From NCBI GenBank assembly GCA_031393555.1, contig JANMVW010000334.1, forward strand, positions 1-58,727: a DNA stretch of 58,727 nt. Reading direction: 5' to 3'. This DNA comes from Acidobacteriota bacterium (lineage in GTDB: Bacteria; Acidobacteriota; Polarisedimenticolia; Polarisedimenticolales; DASRJG01). A program made the translations under genes and the position numbers. Positions within the stretch are counted from its first letter, which is position 1; each line of letters starts with the position of its first letter. The notes under the pieces are model-generated. The model was not told the origin of the DNA. It saw nothing but the letters and a program-made list of their open reading frames with translations, and searched no databases. Positions 22,349 through 30,994 of this stretch are shown piece by piece.

Positions 22349-23319
22349 GATCGTTTCCCGGGAACGGGCGTCGCCGCGCCCATGTCGAGCAACTCGTCGA
22401 CCGCGTCCTGGCGTCCGTCTTTGACGACCTGCGCCAGTTCGCGTATCAGGTCGGCGATGCGAATCGAGGAATCTTCGATGACGGCGGCCGCCTTGGCGAC
22501 GCTCGGATCGTCGAACTTCCGCGTTTGGAGGATCTGAGCCCGCCCGAGGAGGGCGGTCAATGGGTTATTGATCTTGTGGCTCAGGACGGACAGTGTTTTG
22601 AGCACTTCCGCCAGCTTCTCCAACCGAACGCGCTCCTCGACCGCCCGATTGCGCTGCGTCACGTCGGTGACCAAGACGACCTCACTTTCCGGGTCGCCGG
22701 GCATCGTACGCCGCGCGACGAGCAGCGTGCGGCGGGCCCCGTCCGCCATCGGAAGATCAATCTCCCCCTCGCTTTCGCGCGGAACGCCTTGGGCGATCAA
22801 CCTCGCGAACGCGGTGTCGTCCTTGGCGCCAGCCAAGCCGCGAGCCGCCGCGTTGGCGGTGAGAAACACACCGTCCGCTCCGAGGAGCATGATGCCGGAA
22901 GACAACGCAGCCAGAACGCCGTCCAATCGAGCGCGCGATCTTTGCGCTTCATCGAGAGCGGCGACGAGTCGCTCGTTAGTGTCCGCGAGTGCGGCCGCGC
23001 GCATCTTCAACTCACCCGCGACAACGGCTTTCTCCTTCAGGGCCGCCGCCTGCGTCGCGAACATGACAAGCCCGCGGAGCTTGCCCGCACTGTCGGGATG
23101 GGCGACTCCGCTGCGTGCGTCCAGTGCGTCGGACGGAAGCGCCGCAAGCCGCGACTCATACTCGTCAAGCACGCGGTCGAGCAACTCATCGACATCGTGG
23201 CTCCTGCCGATCAGGTCGAGACCGACCTCGTGGATCCGGCACAACTCGACGAGGTCGGGGAGAGCGCTTTCCGCCGGTTCCTTCGCCGCTCGATTCCGTC
23301 CGTTCTCCGACATGGCCAC
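22345..23319 (-). CDS. coiled-coil/PAS protein ending in a HisKA (DHp) domain, with no ATPase domain
   Basis: 324 aa. A PAS-like segment (LSSGIMLLGADGVFLTANAAARGL...VLVTDVTQRN) is followed by the H-box LSVLSHKINNPLTALLGRAQIL. The ORF ends about 60 aa later, with no N, G1 or G2 boxes. Confidence 0.7.
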   Translation of the reverse strand: MAMSENGRNRAAKEPAESALPDLVELCRIHEVGLDLIGRSHDVDELLDRVLDEYESRLAALPSDALDARSGVAHPDSAGKLRGLVMFATQAAALKEKAVVAGELKMRAAALADTNERLVAALDEAQRSRARLDGVLAALSSGIMLLGADGVFLTANAAARGLAGAKDDTAFARLIAQGVPRESEGEIDLPMADGARRTLLVARRTMPGDPESEVVLVTDVTQRNRAVEERVRLEKLAEVLKTLSVLSHKINNPLTALLGRAQILQTRKFDDPSVAKAAAVIEDSSIRIADLIRELAQVVKDGRQDAVDELLDMGAATPVPGKRS

Positions 23320-23333
23320 CCCTTGTCCTTCGT

Positions 23334-23765
23334 CTAGATTCGAACTTTCGTGTTGCTTTTCCGCTTGACCAGCACGACCCGTCCTCCCGAACCGGTGTCT
23401 TCGAAGGACACCTCGTCGACGAGCGCCGTGATGAGGTACAGCCCGTAACCGTTCTCCGACGGCCTTCGCAGATCAGGTGGCACGTATCCGGCTGGATCGA
23501 ACGGCTCACCCTCATGGGCGATGACGACCACAACTCGTTCGTCCTCGATCGCGACGCGAAGGTCGACACGCCCACCGCAGCGCCCCCCATACGCGTGAAG
23601 ATGCACATTCGCACACGCCTCGCTGAAGGCCACCCCCAGATCCTGAGCGTCCCGAACCGTAAACCCGGCTTCGAGGACGAGGCGTGTAATCATGCGTCGC
23701 GCTTTCCTCAATTCCAGCGGATCACTCGACAGGGTGGCGCACTTCTCGAGGGCGAGTTCACGCAC
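23334..23765 (-). CDS. RsbW/SpoIIAB-like anti-sigma serine kinase (stand-alone GHKL ATPase)
   Basis: HATPase_c_2-like sequence: AFSEACANVHLHAY, HEGEPFDP, ENGYGLYLITALVDEVSF. I place the start at GTG 23765 (VRELALEKCATLSSDPLELRKARRMI), 8 nt inside the end of the upstream gene. The longer track ORF overlaps that gene by about 150 nt. Confidence 0.75.
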   Translation of the reverse strand: MRELALEKCATLSSDPLELRKARRMITRLVLEAGFTVRDAQDLGVAFSEACANVHLHAYGGRCGGRVDLRVAIEDERVVVVIAHEGEPFDPAGYVPPDLRRPSENGYGLYLITALVDEVSFEDTGSGGRVVLVKRKSNTKVRI

Positions 23766-25866
23766 GGCGCGCCTCTTGCACGATCGGCGGTGCCGCAGCT
23801 TGCGCAGGGATCGAAAGTCGGAACTCGCTCCCGCCCCCAGGGCGCGGAAGATAGAGGACCGTTCCACCGTGGCGTCGCGCGATCGCGCGCGCTTCGTAAA
23901 GTCCGAGCCCAACACCGGACGGCTTGCCGGTCAACGGATCGCCGCCTTGCTCAAACGGCGCAAACGCCCGCTCGGCGTCCTCTTCCGCGATCCCGGGGCC
24001 TCGGTCGAAGACCGCGAAGGCCACCCCGGCAACGGCTCCGCCCGGACGACCCAGCAGGCAAGGCGAGACGTGAAGTTCGATCGGTACCTCTGCGACGCCG
24101 AACTTCTTCGCGTTGTCCAGGAGGTTGGCGAGCGCCCGCACCAATCGCGACGGAACGGCTGGGAAGGGCTCGAGGAGGGGGTCGAGCAGGACGCTCGTGC
24201 TCTCCAGGACTCCTGCGGCGCTCAACGCGCCAGCGACGATATCCGCGGGCGCGACCTGCTCGAGTGCGGCCTCGTCGCCGTCATCGAGGCGTGCGACGCG
24301 CAGAAGGCCGTCGACCAACCCGTCGAGCGCCCGGGACGCTCGCAAGATACCTGCGGCCATTTCCGCTCGCTCGGACCGGTCGCCTTCGTAGTCCCGCAGA
24401 AACGTCGCGGCGCTGATGATCCCCGTGAGAGGCGAGCGCATCTCGTGCGAGACGTTGGCGAGGAACCGATCCTTCATCCCATCGACCGACTTGAGCTCGT
24501 CATAGGCCTTGCGAAGCGAACGCGTGCGCGCGCTCACGACGTCTTCGAGCCGGTCTCGATGGGCCCGCAGCTCTTCGTAGATGCGCACCTTTTCCAGTCC
24601 GACCGCAAGGTGGCCGGCCAGCGTCGCGAGGAACCGCACATCCACATCGGCAAACCCCCCGTCGGGGCCGGACATCGCCACGACGATCGATGCGCGTTCG
24701 TCGGGCTCCACGGGGACGACGGCCAGGGCGCGCAGGCCGGAAGTAACGCCCACCGCCTCGGGAACCTCGAGCTCGAGGTCGTCCGCGACGGTGCAGCCGG
24801 GACCCAGGAGCATCCGCTTAAGGAGCGAGGCCATGCCTGCATCCTGAGCGAGCGGCGCGAGATCGCGGCCCACGGAACGCTCCAGTTGCACCTGGCCGGC
24901 CGCGTCCAACGTGCAAAATGCAGCGCCGGCCGCGCCGAGAGTTGCCACGACCGCGCTCAAGGCCGCTTCCAACACGGCATCCCGCTCGAAACTGGCCCCG
25001 GTCGAGCGGAGGGCATCGGAGAGGTTGCGCAGCGATTCCGCCTCGCGCGTCAGCCGTGACGCTCGTACGTGTTCGTCCACAAGCTGGGCGCCCAGGGCGA
25101 CGCTCGAAGCTACGGCGCTCTCCAACAGATCGGACGATTCGAGTAGGATCGGCGCTGACTCCACCAGCGAGACGGCTGCGCTGCCTGCGGTTTTGGCGCC
25201 GCGCGCCATGTAGGGAGCAAACGACGCTTGAAGCTGCGCGGCGAGATCGCCGGCATCGAGTGATCGTCGTGTTTGGGGCGCGGCGAAAGCGACGAGCCGC
25301 TCGAGCATCAAACGAGAGGCGGCAAGGAAGGTTTCGAGGACTCCGGTGCCTTTGCAGGCAACCGCCGGGACGCCCATCCCAGGGGCGAGACCGAACCAGT
25401 CTCCCATCGCCTCCTCGGAAAGGGCGCTCTGGAGGTCGCGCTTGTTGAACTGGACCAGGATAGGAACGATGGCGGGATCCAGGTGCGTTGAGCGCATCGT
25501 TCGCATCAGGTTGTCCCAGGCTTGCCGATTGTCGCGCTCGCGGGCGGAATCGGAATCGGCCACAAACACGACGGCGTCGGCCCCTGCTAAGACGACGCGA
25601 CGAGTCGCGTCATAGCGAACTTGACCCGGGACGGTGTAGAGCTTGAGAGCGACCTTGTACCCGAGCACATGTCCAAGGTCGAAAGGAAGCAGATCGAAAA
25701 ATAGCGTGCGATCGTCCGCGGTGTTGACCGAAACGAGCCTCTCCCTGTCGTTGGGATCGGTGATGTTGTGAAGGACGCGCAGATTGGTGGTTTTGCCGCC
25801 GAGGGCGGGCCCGTAGTACACGAGTTTCGCGTACAACCTGCGATCGGTGAGGCTCCACTGCGCCAC
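23758..25866 (-). CDS. MglA-type small GTPase domain fused to a GAF - HisKA - HATPase_c sensor histidine kinase
   Basis: 702 aa, GTG start with GAGGAG 6 nt upstream. N-terminal G-motifs: KLVYYGPALGGKTTN, DDRTLFFD, LYTVPGQ, FNKRD, ACKGTGV. These are colinear with Myxococcus MglA. A GAF-like region follows, then the H-box SHEMRSPLT, N-box LLDNAKKF, G1 DRGPGI and G2 GVGLGL. Confidence 0.85.
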   Translation of the reverse strand: MAQWSLTDRRLYAKLVYYGPALGGKTTNLRVLHNITDPNDRERLVSVNTADDRTLFFDLLPFDLGHVLGYKVALKLYTVPGQVRYDATRRVVLAGADAVVFVADSDSARERDNRQAWDNLMRTMRSTHLDPAIVPILVQFNKRDLQSALSEEAMGDWFGLAPGMGVPAVACKGTGVLETFLAASRLMLERLVAFAAPQTRRSLDAGDLAAQLQASFAPYMARGAKTAGSAAVSLVESAPILLESSDLLESAVASSVALGAQLVDEHVRASRLTREAESLRNLSDALRSTGASFERDAVLEAALSAVVATLGAAGAAFCTLDAAGQVQLERSVGRDLAPLAQDAGMASLLKRMLLGPGCTVADDLELEVPEAVGVTSGLRALAVVPVEPDERASIVVAMSGPDGGFADVDVRFLATLAGHLAVGLEKVRIYEELRAHRDRLEDVVSARTRSLRKAYDELKSVDGMKDRFLANVSHEMRSPLTGIISAATFLRDYEGDRSERAEMAAGILRASRALDGLVDGLLRVARLDDGDEAALEQVAPADIVAGALSAAGVLESTSVLLDPLLEPFPAVPSRLVRALANLLDNAKKFGVAEVPIELHVSPCLLGRPGGAVAGVAFAVFDRGPGIAEEDAERAFAPFEQGGDPLTGKPSGVGLGLYEARAIARRHGGTVLYLPRPGGGSEFRLSIPAQAAAPPIVQEARRA

Positions 25867-25869
25867 GGA

Positions 25870-26256
25870 TCACTCCTCGGAAGCGCGGCCGATGAGTTCA
25901 CGGACCCGCTGCTTGAGCTCGTTTGGCGAGTAGGGCTTCGTCAGAAAATCTGCGGCGCCAAGCGCGAGCGCTCGCTCACGATCGCGATCCTGTCCGCGTG
26001 CCGACAGCAACACGATCGGGATCTCGGCATAGCGCGGATCGCTCTTCAGTTCGGCGCACCACGTCAGGCCGTCCTTACCGGGCATCATCACGTCGAGGAA
26101 GATCAGGTCCGGTCGACAGGACTCGACCGCACGCAAGCCTTCTTCGGCGTCGGCCACGGTCGCCGGTTGGTACCCCTCCTCCCGAAGAATGAACTCGAGG
26201 GGCCGTCGTATGAAGGCGTCGTCGTCGACGATGAGAATCCGTTTTGGCGCCGTCAC
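25870..26256 (-). CDS. single-domain response regulator (CheY-like receiver)
   Basis: 128 aa. Motifs: ILIVDDD, the phospho-acceptor context DLIFLDVMMPGKDG, LLSARG and FLTKP. The GTG start has a GTGA overlap with the upstream stop. Confidence 0.9.
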   Translation of the reverse strand: MTAPKRILIVDDDAFIRRPLEFILREEGYQPATVADAEEGLRAVESCRPDLIFLDVMMPGKDGLTWCAELKSDPRYAEIPIVLLSARGQDRDRERALALGAADFLTKPYSPNELKQRVRELIGRASEE

Positions 26257-27593
26257 GACCCCTCCTCGATCGCAACGCCCCGCGCGACGACCAACGTCAC
26301 GTCGTCACAAAAAGGCGTCGTGCCGGCGTGGAGGGAGAGCGCATTCAACACGTTTTCTCGAATCTCGGCGGCACGCCGCGCCGGACATCGCGCCGCCTCG
26401 ATCAGCCGATCCATTCCGAACGGTCGCCTCGCGGCATCTCGGGCCTCGATCAGGCCGTCCGTATAGAGAAGCAGCACATCACCGGGCGCGAAGCGCTGAT
26501 CGACGTCGCGCCATCGCGCTCCCGCTAGGATTCCGAGCGCCGGGCCGCACGCTTTGAGCTTTTCGACGTCACCGTTTCGGCGCAGGAGGAGCGGCGGATT
26601 GTGTCCGGCATTGGACCAAACGATCCGGCGTCCATCGGGGAGGAAGCGTGCGAAGACGACAGTCGCAAACATGTCGGTGGCGGAGAAATCCGATTCAAGG
26701 ACCTCGTTGACACGCCCCAAGACATCGCCCGCAGACAGAGTGTCGCGGGCCTCGGACTGCAGGGCCCCTTTGGCGATCGCCATGTAGAGCGCGGCCCCAA
26801 CCCCGTGCCCCGCCACGTCGGCGATGGCGATACCCAGGCTGCCGTCGGCCATCGCGACATACCCGTAGTAGTCCCCACCCACTCCTTCCGCTGCCCGGAA
26901 TCCGCCAGACACGTCGAGACCGGCGAACAGTGGATCGTGGCGGGGAAGCAGCCCTCGGTGAATCTCGCGTGCGATCTCCCCCTCTCGAATCCGCGCCTCG
27001 GCGTCCCGAATGGTCTCGGCCAGGCGCTCGTTGCGAATAAACGCTGCGGCGAGCGCGGCGATTGCCGTCATGAGTTTGATCTCGCCGGTCATGTAACCCC
27101 GGCCTTCGGGCCTTCCGTTGAGAACCAACGCACCGAGGGCCGACCCCTGACACTCCGGTAGGGCTACGACCGCCGATGCCGCCGCGGTGGAGGACGCTTC
27201 CCTCGCCGAAGGCCGCCCCGTCGCGACGGCGTCTTGAACGGCGCGCGCAGGCGTCGATGCCGGCGAGTCAGGATGAGACGCAGCGCAAACGAGTGTCGTG
27301 CCGCTTGTGAGCCACAATTCTCCAGCGACTGCCCCGAGCACGCTCATCGCCTCACGCACGACGAGTCCGGCAATGGCGCGCTCCCCTCGGACGGAACCGA
27401 TCTGCTCGGTCAATCGATAGACAAAGGTCGCTTCTTCGTACCGCTCGAGCACTTCCGCGCACAGGCTCGCGATCTCCGATTCCTGCCGGACGAGGCGGGA
27501 GTGCAGACCGTCCTTGTCGACCGGGTCGGCAGTGGCCGTAGACCGCAGGGGGCCATCGGCGAGGACATCGTTTTTTGCCGGATGCACCGCCAC
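26253..27593 (-). CDS. GAF-domain PP2C (SpoIIE/RsbU-like) serine phosphatase
   Basis: 446 aa. An N-terminal GAF-like region is followed by GGDYYGY, IADVAGHGVGAAL, YTDGLIEA and DDVTLVV. The start is GTG at 27593 or GTG at 27587. Confidence 0.85.
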   Translation of the reverse strand: MAVHPAKNDVLADGPLRSTATADPVDKDGLHSRLVRQESEIASLCAEVLERYEEATFVYRLTEQIGSVRGERAIAGLVVREAMSVLGAVAGELWLTSGTTLVCAASHPDSPASTPARAVQDAVATGRPSAREASSTAAASAVVALPECQGSALGALVLNGRPEGRGYMTGEIKLMTAIAALAAAFIRNERLAETIRDAEARIREGEIAREIHRGLLPRHDPLFAGLDVSGGFRAAEGVGGDYYGYVAMADGSLGIAIADVAGHGVGAALYMAIAKGALQSEARDTLSAGDVLGRVNEVLESDFSATDMFATVVFARFLPDGRRIVWSNAGHNPPLLLRRNGDVEKLKACGPALGILAGARWRDVDQRFAPGDVLLLYTDGLIEARDAARRPFGMDRLIEAARCPARRAAEIRENVLNALSLHAGTTPFCDDVTLVVARGVAIEEGS

Positions 27594-27633
27594 AACTCCC
27601 CACCAAGGAATGAAGCTGACCCTGCAGTTGGGG

Positions 27634-27661
27634 AATATAAGTACGGAACTCTAAAGATCAA
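27634..27661 (-). promoter_or_regulatory. sigma70-like promoter candidate for the PP2C...STAS operon
   Basis: The minus strand reads TTGATC (27661..27656), a 16-nt spacer, then TATATT (27639..27634), about 40 nt upstream of the GTG at 27593. Confidence 0.35.
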
Positions 27662-27763
27662 ATTTTGCGCGGGAAACAGAGGCGTCGATAGCCCGGGCGG
27701 CAGTTGCCCCCCCTTGTTGCGATAAAGTCGTCCAATTCGTCGACTGGGGCGTACTACCCGAAC

Positions 27764-28369
27764 ATGGCGATGGGAGAGTGCGCAGCCGTGACCGTTCCGA
27801 CCGATGAAGACCTGCTTCTCGCGCTCCGGAAAGGACATCCCGCCTCGCTCGGCCTCCTTTTCGCACGCTGGGAAGGCCCGCTGTTCCGCTTCGTTTCTCG
27901 ATTGGTCGACCGGCCTGACGACGCTCGGGACGTCTGCCAGGAAACTTTTCTTAGGATCCTGGACAAGGCCGAGGCTTTTCGCGACGGCGCTCGCTTTTCG
28001 ACCTGGATGTACCAGATCGCTCTCAACCTCTGCCGCGATCAGACACGAAAGAAACGCCGGTGGGGCCGATTGTTGCTGGTGGAGCCCTCCGCCGGCGTCG
28101 AGACGCCTCGCGAACACGCGGCGCCCGTAACCACCGCTACGAGTCCCTCCGCGGCGTACGAGCACACCGAAAGGCAATGCGCGGTCCGTAGGGCCTTGTC
28201 CGCCCTTCCGCGCGAACAGCGCGAGGTCCTTTTGCTCAAGGAATACGAAGGTCTGAAGTTTCGGGAAATCGCCGACGTCTTGGGAGTCGCGGAAAGCACG
28301 GTGAAATCCCGGATGTACGCGGGCTTGGACGCGATGAGGATGTCCTTGGCCAGCCTCGGAATCCAGTAG
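27764..28369 (+). CDS. ECF-type RNA polymerase sigma factor (sigma-70 family, regions 2 and 4)
   Basis: Region 2: DARDVCQETFLRILDKAEAFRDGARFSTWMYQIALNLCRD. Region 4: LPREQREVLLLKEYEGLKFREIADVLGVAESTVKSRMYAG. The ATG is at 27764. Confidence 0.9.
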   Translation: MAMGECAAVTVPTDEDLLLALRKGHPASLGLLFARWEGPLFRFVSRLVDRPDDARDVCQETFLRILDKAEAFRDGARFSTWMYQIALNLCRDQTRKKRRWGRLLLVEPSAGVETPREHAAPVTTATSPSAAYEHTERQCAVRRALSALPREQREVLLLKEYEGLKFREIADVLGVAESTVKSRMYAGLDAMRMSLASLGIQ

Positions 28370-28378
28370 GAGTCAGCG

Positions 28379-29029
28379 ATGACCTGCACAAACTGGCACG
28401 AAAGTCTCACCGGACGGGTGTACGGCGAAATCGGGCCCGAAGACGATGCGGCGCTCGCCGTGCACCTCGAATCCTGCGCGAGTTGCAGAGACACTCTCGA
28501 CGAATTCCAGAACGTACGGGCCCTTCTTCGGGAAGATGGGGACGATGCGGCCCGTGTCCCACGAGTCATCGTCCTGAACGAGCGAGCCAGATTCAAGCCG
28601 GCCCTGTTAGCCGCATCGATCCTGGGAGCCGCGGTTTTGGCCGGAGCAGGGGCCGGAGCAGGGTACGCTCTAGGTTTGGGCCACTCGCCCGCCCCTGTAG
28701 CGGTTGCGGCCTCGACCCCCGTGACGCCGAGCGTCTCAACGGAAGAACTCGTGCGACGGGAAGTAGACCGCCGCTTGGCGGCGCGGAAAGAGTCCAGCAC
28801 GATCGCGACCGCCGATCCGTCTGGAGAGCGGCCCATCAAAGCGTCGGACCTTCGTGCCGAGTTCGCAAAATTCGAGCGTCGGTTGAACGGCGCGCGCGCA
28901 ACGGACCTCGACTACGTTCTCGATCAGATCGCCGCTTCGGAGTTCCGCGTCGGCACGCGGCTCGGCAAGACGAATCAAGCTTTGCGCACCGTCGCGCTCG
29001 CAAACACGCCTTACGTGAACGAGCAGTAG
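28379..29029 (+). CDS. anti-sigma factor (zf-HC2 type), single-pass membrane protein
   Basis: N-terminal H-x3-C-x2-C (HLESCASCRD) and a TM segment ALLAASILGAAVLAGAGAGAGYALG. It lies 9 nt after the sigma gene and has TAGGAG before its ATG. Confidence 0.75.
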   Translation: MTCTNWHESLTGRVYGEIGPEDDAALAVHLESCASCRDTLDEFQNVRALLREDGDDAARVPRVIVLNERARFKPALLAASILGAAVLAGAGAGAGYALGLGHSPAPVAVAASTPVTPSVSTEELVRREVDRRLAARKESSTIATADPSGERPIKASDLRAEFAKFERRLNGARATDLDYVLDQIAASEFRVGTRLGKTNQALRTVALANTPYVNEQ

Positions 29030-29032
29030 GCC

Positions 29033-30994
29033 TCAGCGCGGCGCGACGCCAAGATCGGCGAGCCGGTCTGACGCCGCAGCGGCGAGCGCCGCATCTCCGT
29101 TGAGCGAAGCCTCAGTTCGCGCTTGACCAAACGCGTCGATGGCCTCGGCGCGCTTTCCGTCCGCTTGGAGCCCGGCGCCCAACGCGTAGGACGCTCGAGC
29201 CGCCAGGGCGCTGCCACCGATCGCCCGAACACCGCGCCAGGCCTCCAGTGCGGACGCCGCCCGCCCCGAGCCCTCGAACAGTATCGCAAGCGTTGCGAGC
29301 GCCTGCGCAGCGTTTGACCGTCCTGCGCCGGCTTCCACCGAGGCCCAAGCGGCAAGTACGACCCGGCTCGTGTCCTCCGCAGAAATCGGCACGAGTCGAG
29401 ATTCGGGCGCCGTCACGCATTCGACTGTGCGCACCGGTCCCGAAGGCGGCGCGATGTCCAGAGCGAGCGCCAAGCCAATTCCCGAAGCAGCGATTGCGTC
29501 TTGGGCCAGAGCCGCGCTCGCGACCACACGACCCCCGACAGCGACGAGACGGTCTCCGGGAAGAAGGCCAGCCCGCGCGGCCGGACCCGAAGTCGTGATC
29601 GAGGCCAAAACGATGGAGCCCTCGCGGGAGTCCACGATGCTTGCCCCGAGCGTCGCTACGTTCCAGCGAGGAGCTGACGGACTCGGTGGCGAGCTCCGAT
29701 CCTCGACCTCGTGGAGCGCCGGGCTGTAAAGCATGGTGCGCTCCGCACCCGCAATGCCCGCGCCAGCGATCATCGCGACCGCCAGATCGGTGCCGGGTGG
29801 CAGGGACACCGCCCCCCACCCCTCCCGGGTCGTGAGATCCGCCTCGGTGGGCGGATCGACCGAGCCGCGCAGGCTCCACGCCTCGGCCGCAGCGGTCCAG
29901 GACTTCGGCCAGCTGACTCCGACGAGGACCGCGCTCGGCCGGGGAGTGAGATCGAGTGTGAGGTCGGACTCCTCGGCAGCCACTTCAGCTGACCAAACAA
30001 CTCGACCGGACGCGATGATTTCGAGCTTTCTCCGGCCAGGACACATGGCGAACGATGTCAGTGGTAACGAGCCCATGCGCGCATCGTCGACGCGAAGTTC
30101 GCCCTCGTAGACCGCCCCCGTCGCGATCACCCTCGTCCGCGCCGGACGCATCGCAACGACCCGCAACAGCTTGCGGGACCGGTCGACCAGGTCGACGCTG
30201 ACGTTTTCTTGGAGGCTCTCGGTCGCGAAGCACGGCTTCGACAGGCGGAGATCGTGCTCGCCGATCGCGACGTTCTCGATCACGAGAGCGGCAGGCACGC
30301 TCGCATCGGAACCGAACTCGCCGCCTCGCGTGGTCACCCCGGCGTCGATCCCGTCCAACCTGACCGCGACCCCATCTATGTCCGTGCGCACCACGAGACT
30401 CCTCGCGTTCGGAACGAGACGAACATTCAAGAGGGTCTCCTGCCTCGCCACCGCCTGGATGTCCAAGTCTTGCGTGTCGAAGCCTTTGCGCATGAAACGC
30501 AACTTCCGTCCTCCGGAGACCAGCGAGAAGACCCCCCCAGTCGAGGGGGAAACCGCGCGGCCATCGACAGTGACCGTGGCGTCTTTGGGGTCAACGTCGA
30601 GGCGAACGGTCCCGATCATCGACGCCTGGAGCTTGAAAAAACGGTCCATCGCCGTTTTCGACGTCACCTCGCGTCCCGGCGCGTAGTCGGCGCGCAGATC
30701 GAGTATCGCGCGGTAGTCCTTCTCGGCCGCGTCGAGATCATCGCTGGAGACGTGCGCTTGGGCCCGCAAGTCCAGCGCCTCGACGCGTGTCGCCTCCCGG
30801 AGATCGGAACGATCGAGAATCACGCTCAGCGCAGCTTGCGCCTTCTCGATGTCCAAGGCGATAAGCTGATCGCGAATCGTGGAAAGCTCTTGCTCCACCG
30901 ACACCGGTGCGCCAAGCGAAGGCGGAGGATCGGCCGACCGGGCGCCGGAAAACACAAGGAATCCAAGAACCGCGAGCGCGCCGCGGCGGGTCAC
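29033..30994 (-). CDS. secreted multidomain protein: PEGA-like repeats + PDZ + C-terminal TPR-like region
   Basis: Start set at GTG 30994 (VTRRGALAVLGFLVFSGARSA, a signal peptide), which has a GTGA overlap with the upstream stop. PEGA-like strands are present (VRLDVDPKDATVTVDGRAV). The PDZ-like segment is GSIVLASITTSGPAARAGLLPGDRLVAVGG. Confidence 0.65.
   Translation of the reverse strand: MTRRGALAVLGFLVFSGARSADPPPSLGAPVSVEQELSTIRDQLIALDIEKAQAALSVILDRSDLREATRVEALDLRAQAHVSSDDLDAAEKDYRAILDLRADYAPGREVTSKTAMDRFFKLQASMIGTVRLDVDPKDATVTVDGRAVSPSTGGVFSLVSGGRKLRFMRKGFDTQDLDIQAVARQETLLNVRLVPNARSLVVRTDIDGVAVRLDGIDAGVTTRGGEFGSDASVPAALVIENVAIGEHDLRLSKPCFATESLQENVSVDLVDRSRKLLRVVAMRPARTRVIATGAVYEGELRVDDARMGSLPLTSFAMCPGRRKLEIIASGRVVWSAEVAAEESDLTLDLTPRPSAVLVGVSWPKSWTAAAEAWSLRGSVDPPTEADLTTREGWGAVSLPPGTDLAVAMIAGAGIAGAERTMLYSPALHEVEDRSSPPSPSAPRWNVATLGASIVDSREGSIVLASITTSGPAARAGLLPGDRLVAVGGRVVASAALAQDAIAASGIGLALALDIAPPSGPVRTVECVTAPESRLVPISAEDTSRVVLAAWASVEAGAGRSNAAQALATLAILFEGSGRAASALEAWRGVRAIGGSALAARASYALGAGLQADGKRAEAIDAFGQARTEASLNGDAALAAAASDRLADLGVAPR

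Noticed and set aside
23115-25059. Plus-strand ORFs of 433 aa and 455 aa.
   Set aside because: They are antisense to the RsbW-like and MglA-HK genes and have Arg/Pro-rich low-complexity products.
27640-27763. An ECF-type autoregulated promoter (GGAAC-N16-17-CGTC) upstream of the sigma gene.
   Set aside because: GGAAC occurs at about 27645, but the downstream element at the right spacing is GCGCGG rather than CGTC. No convincing match was found.
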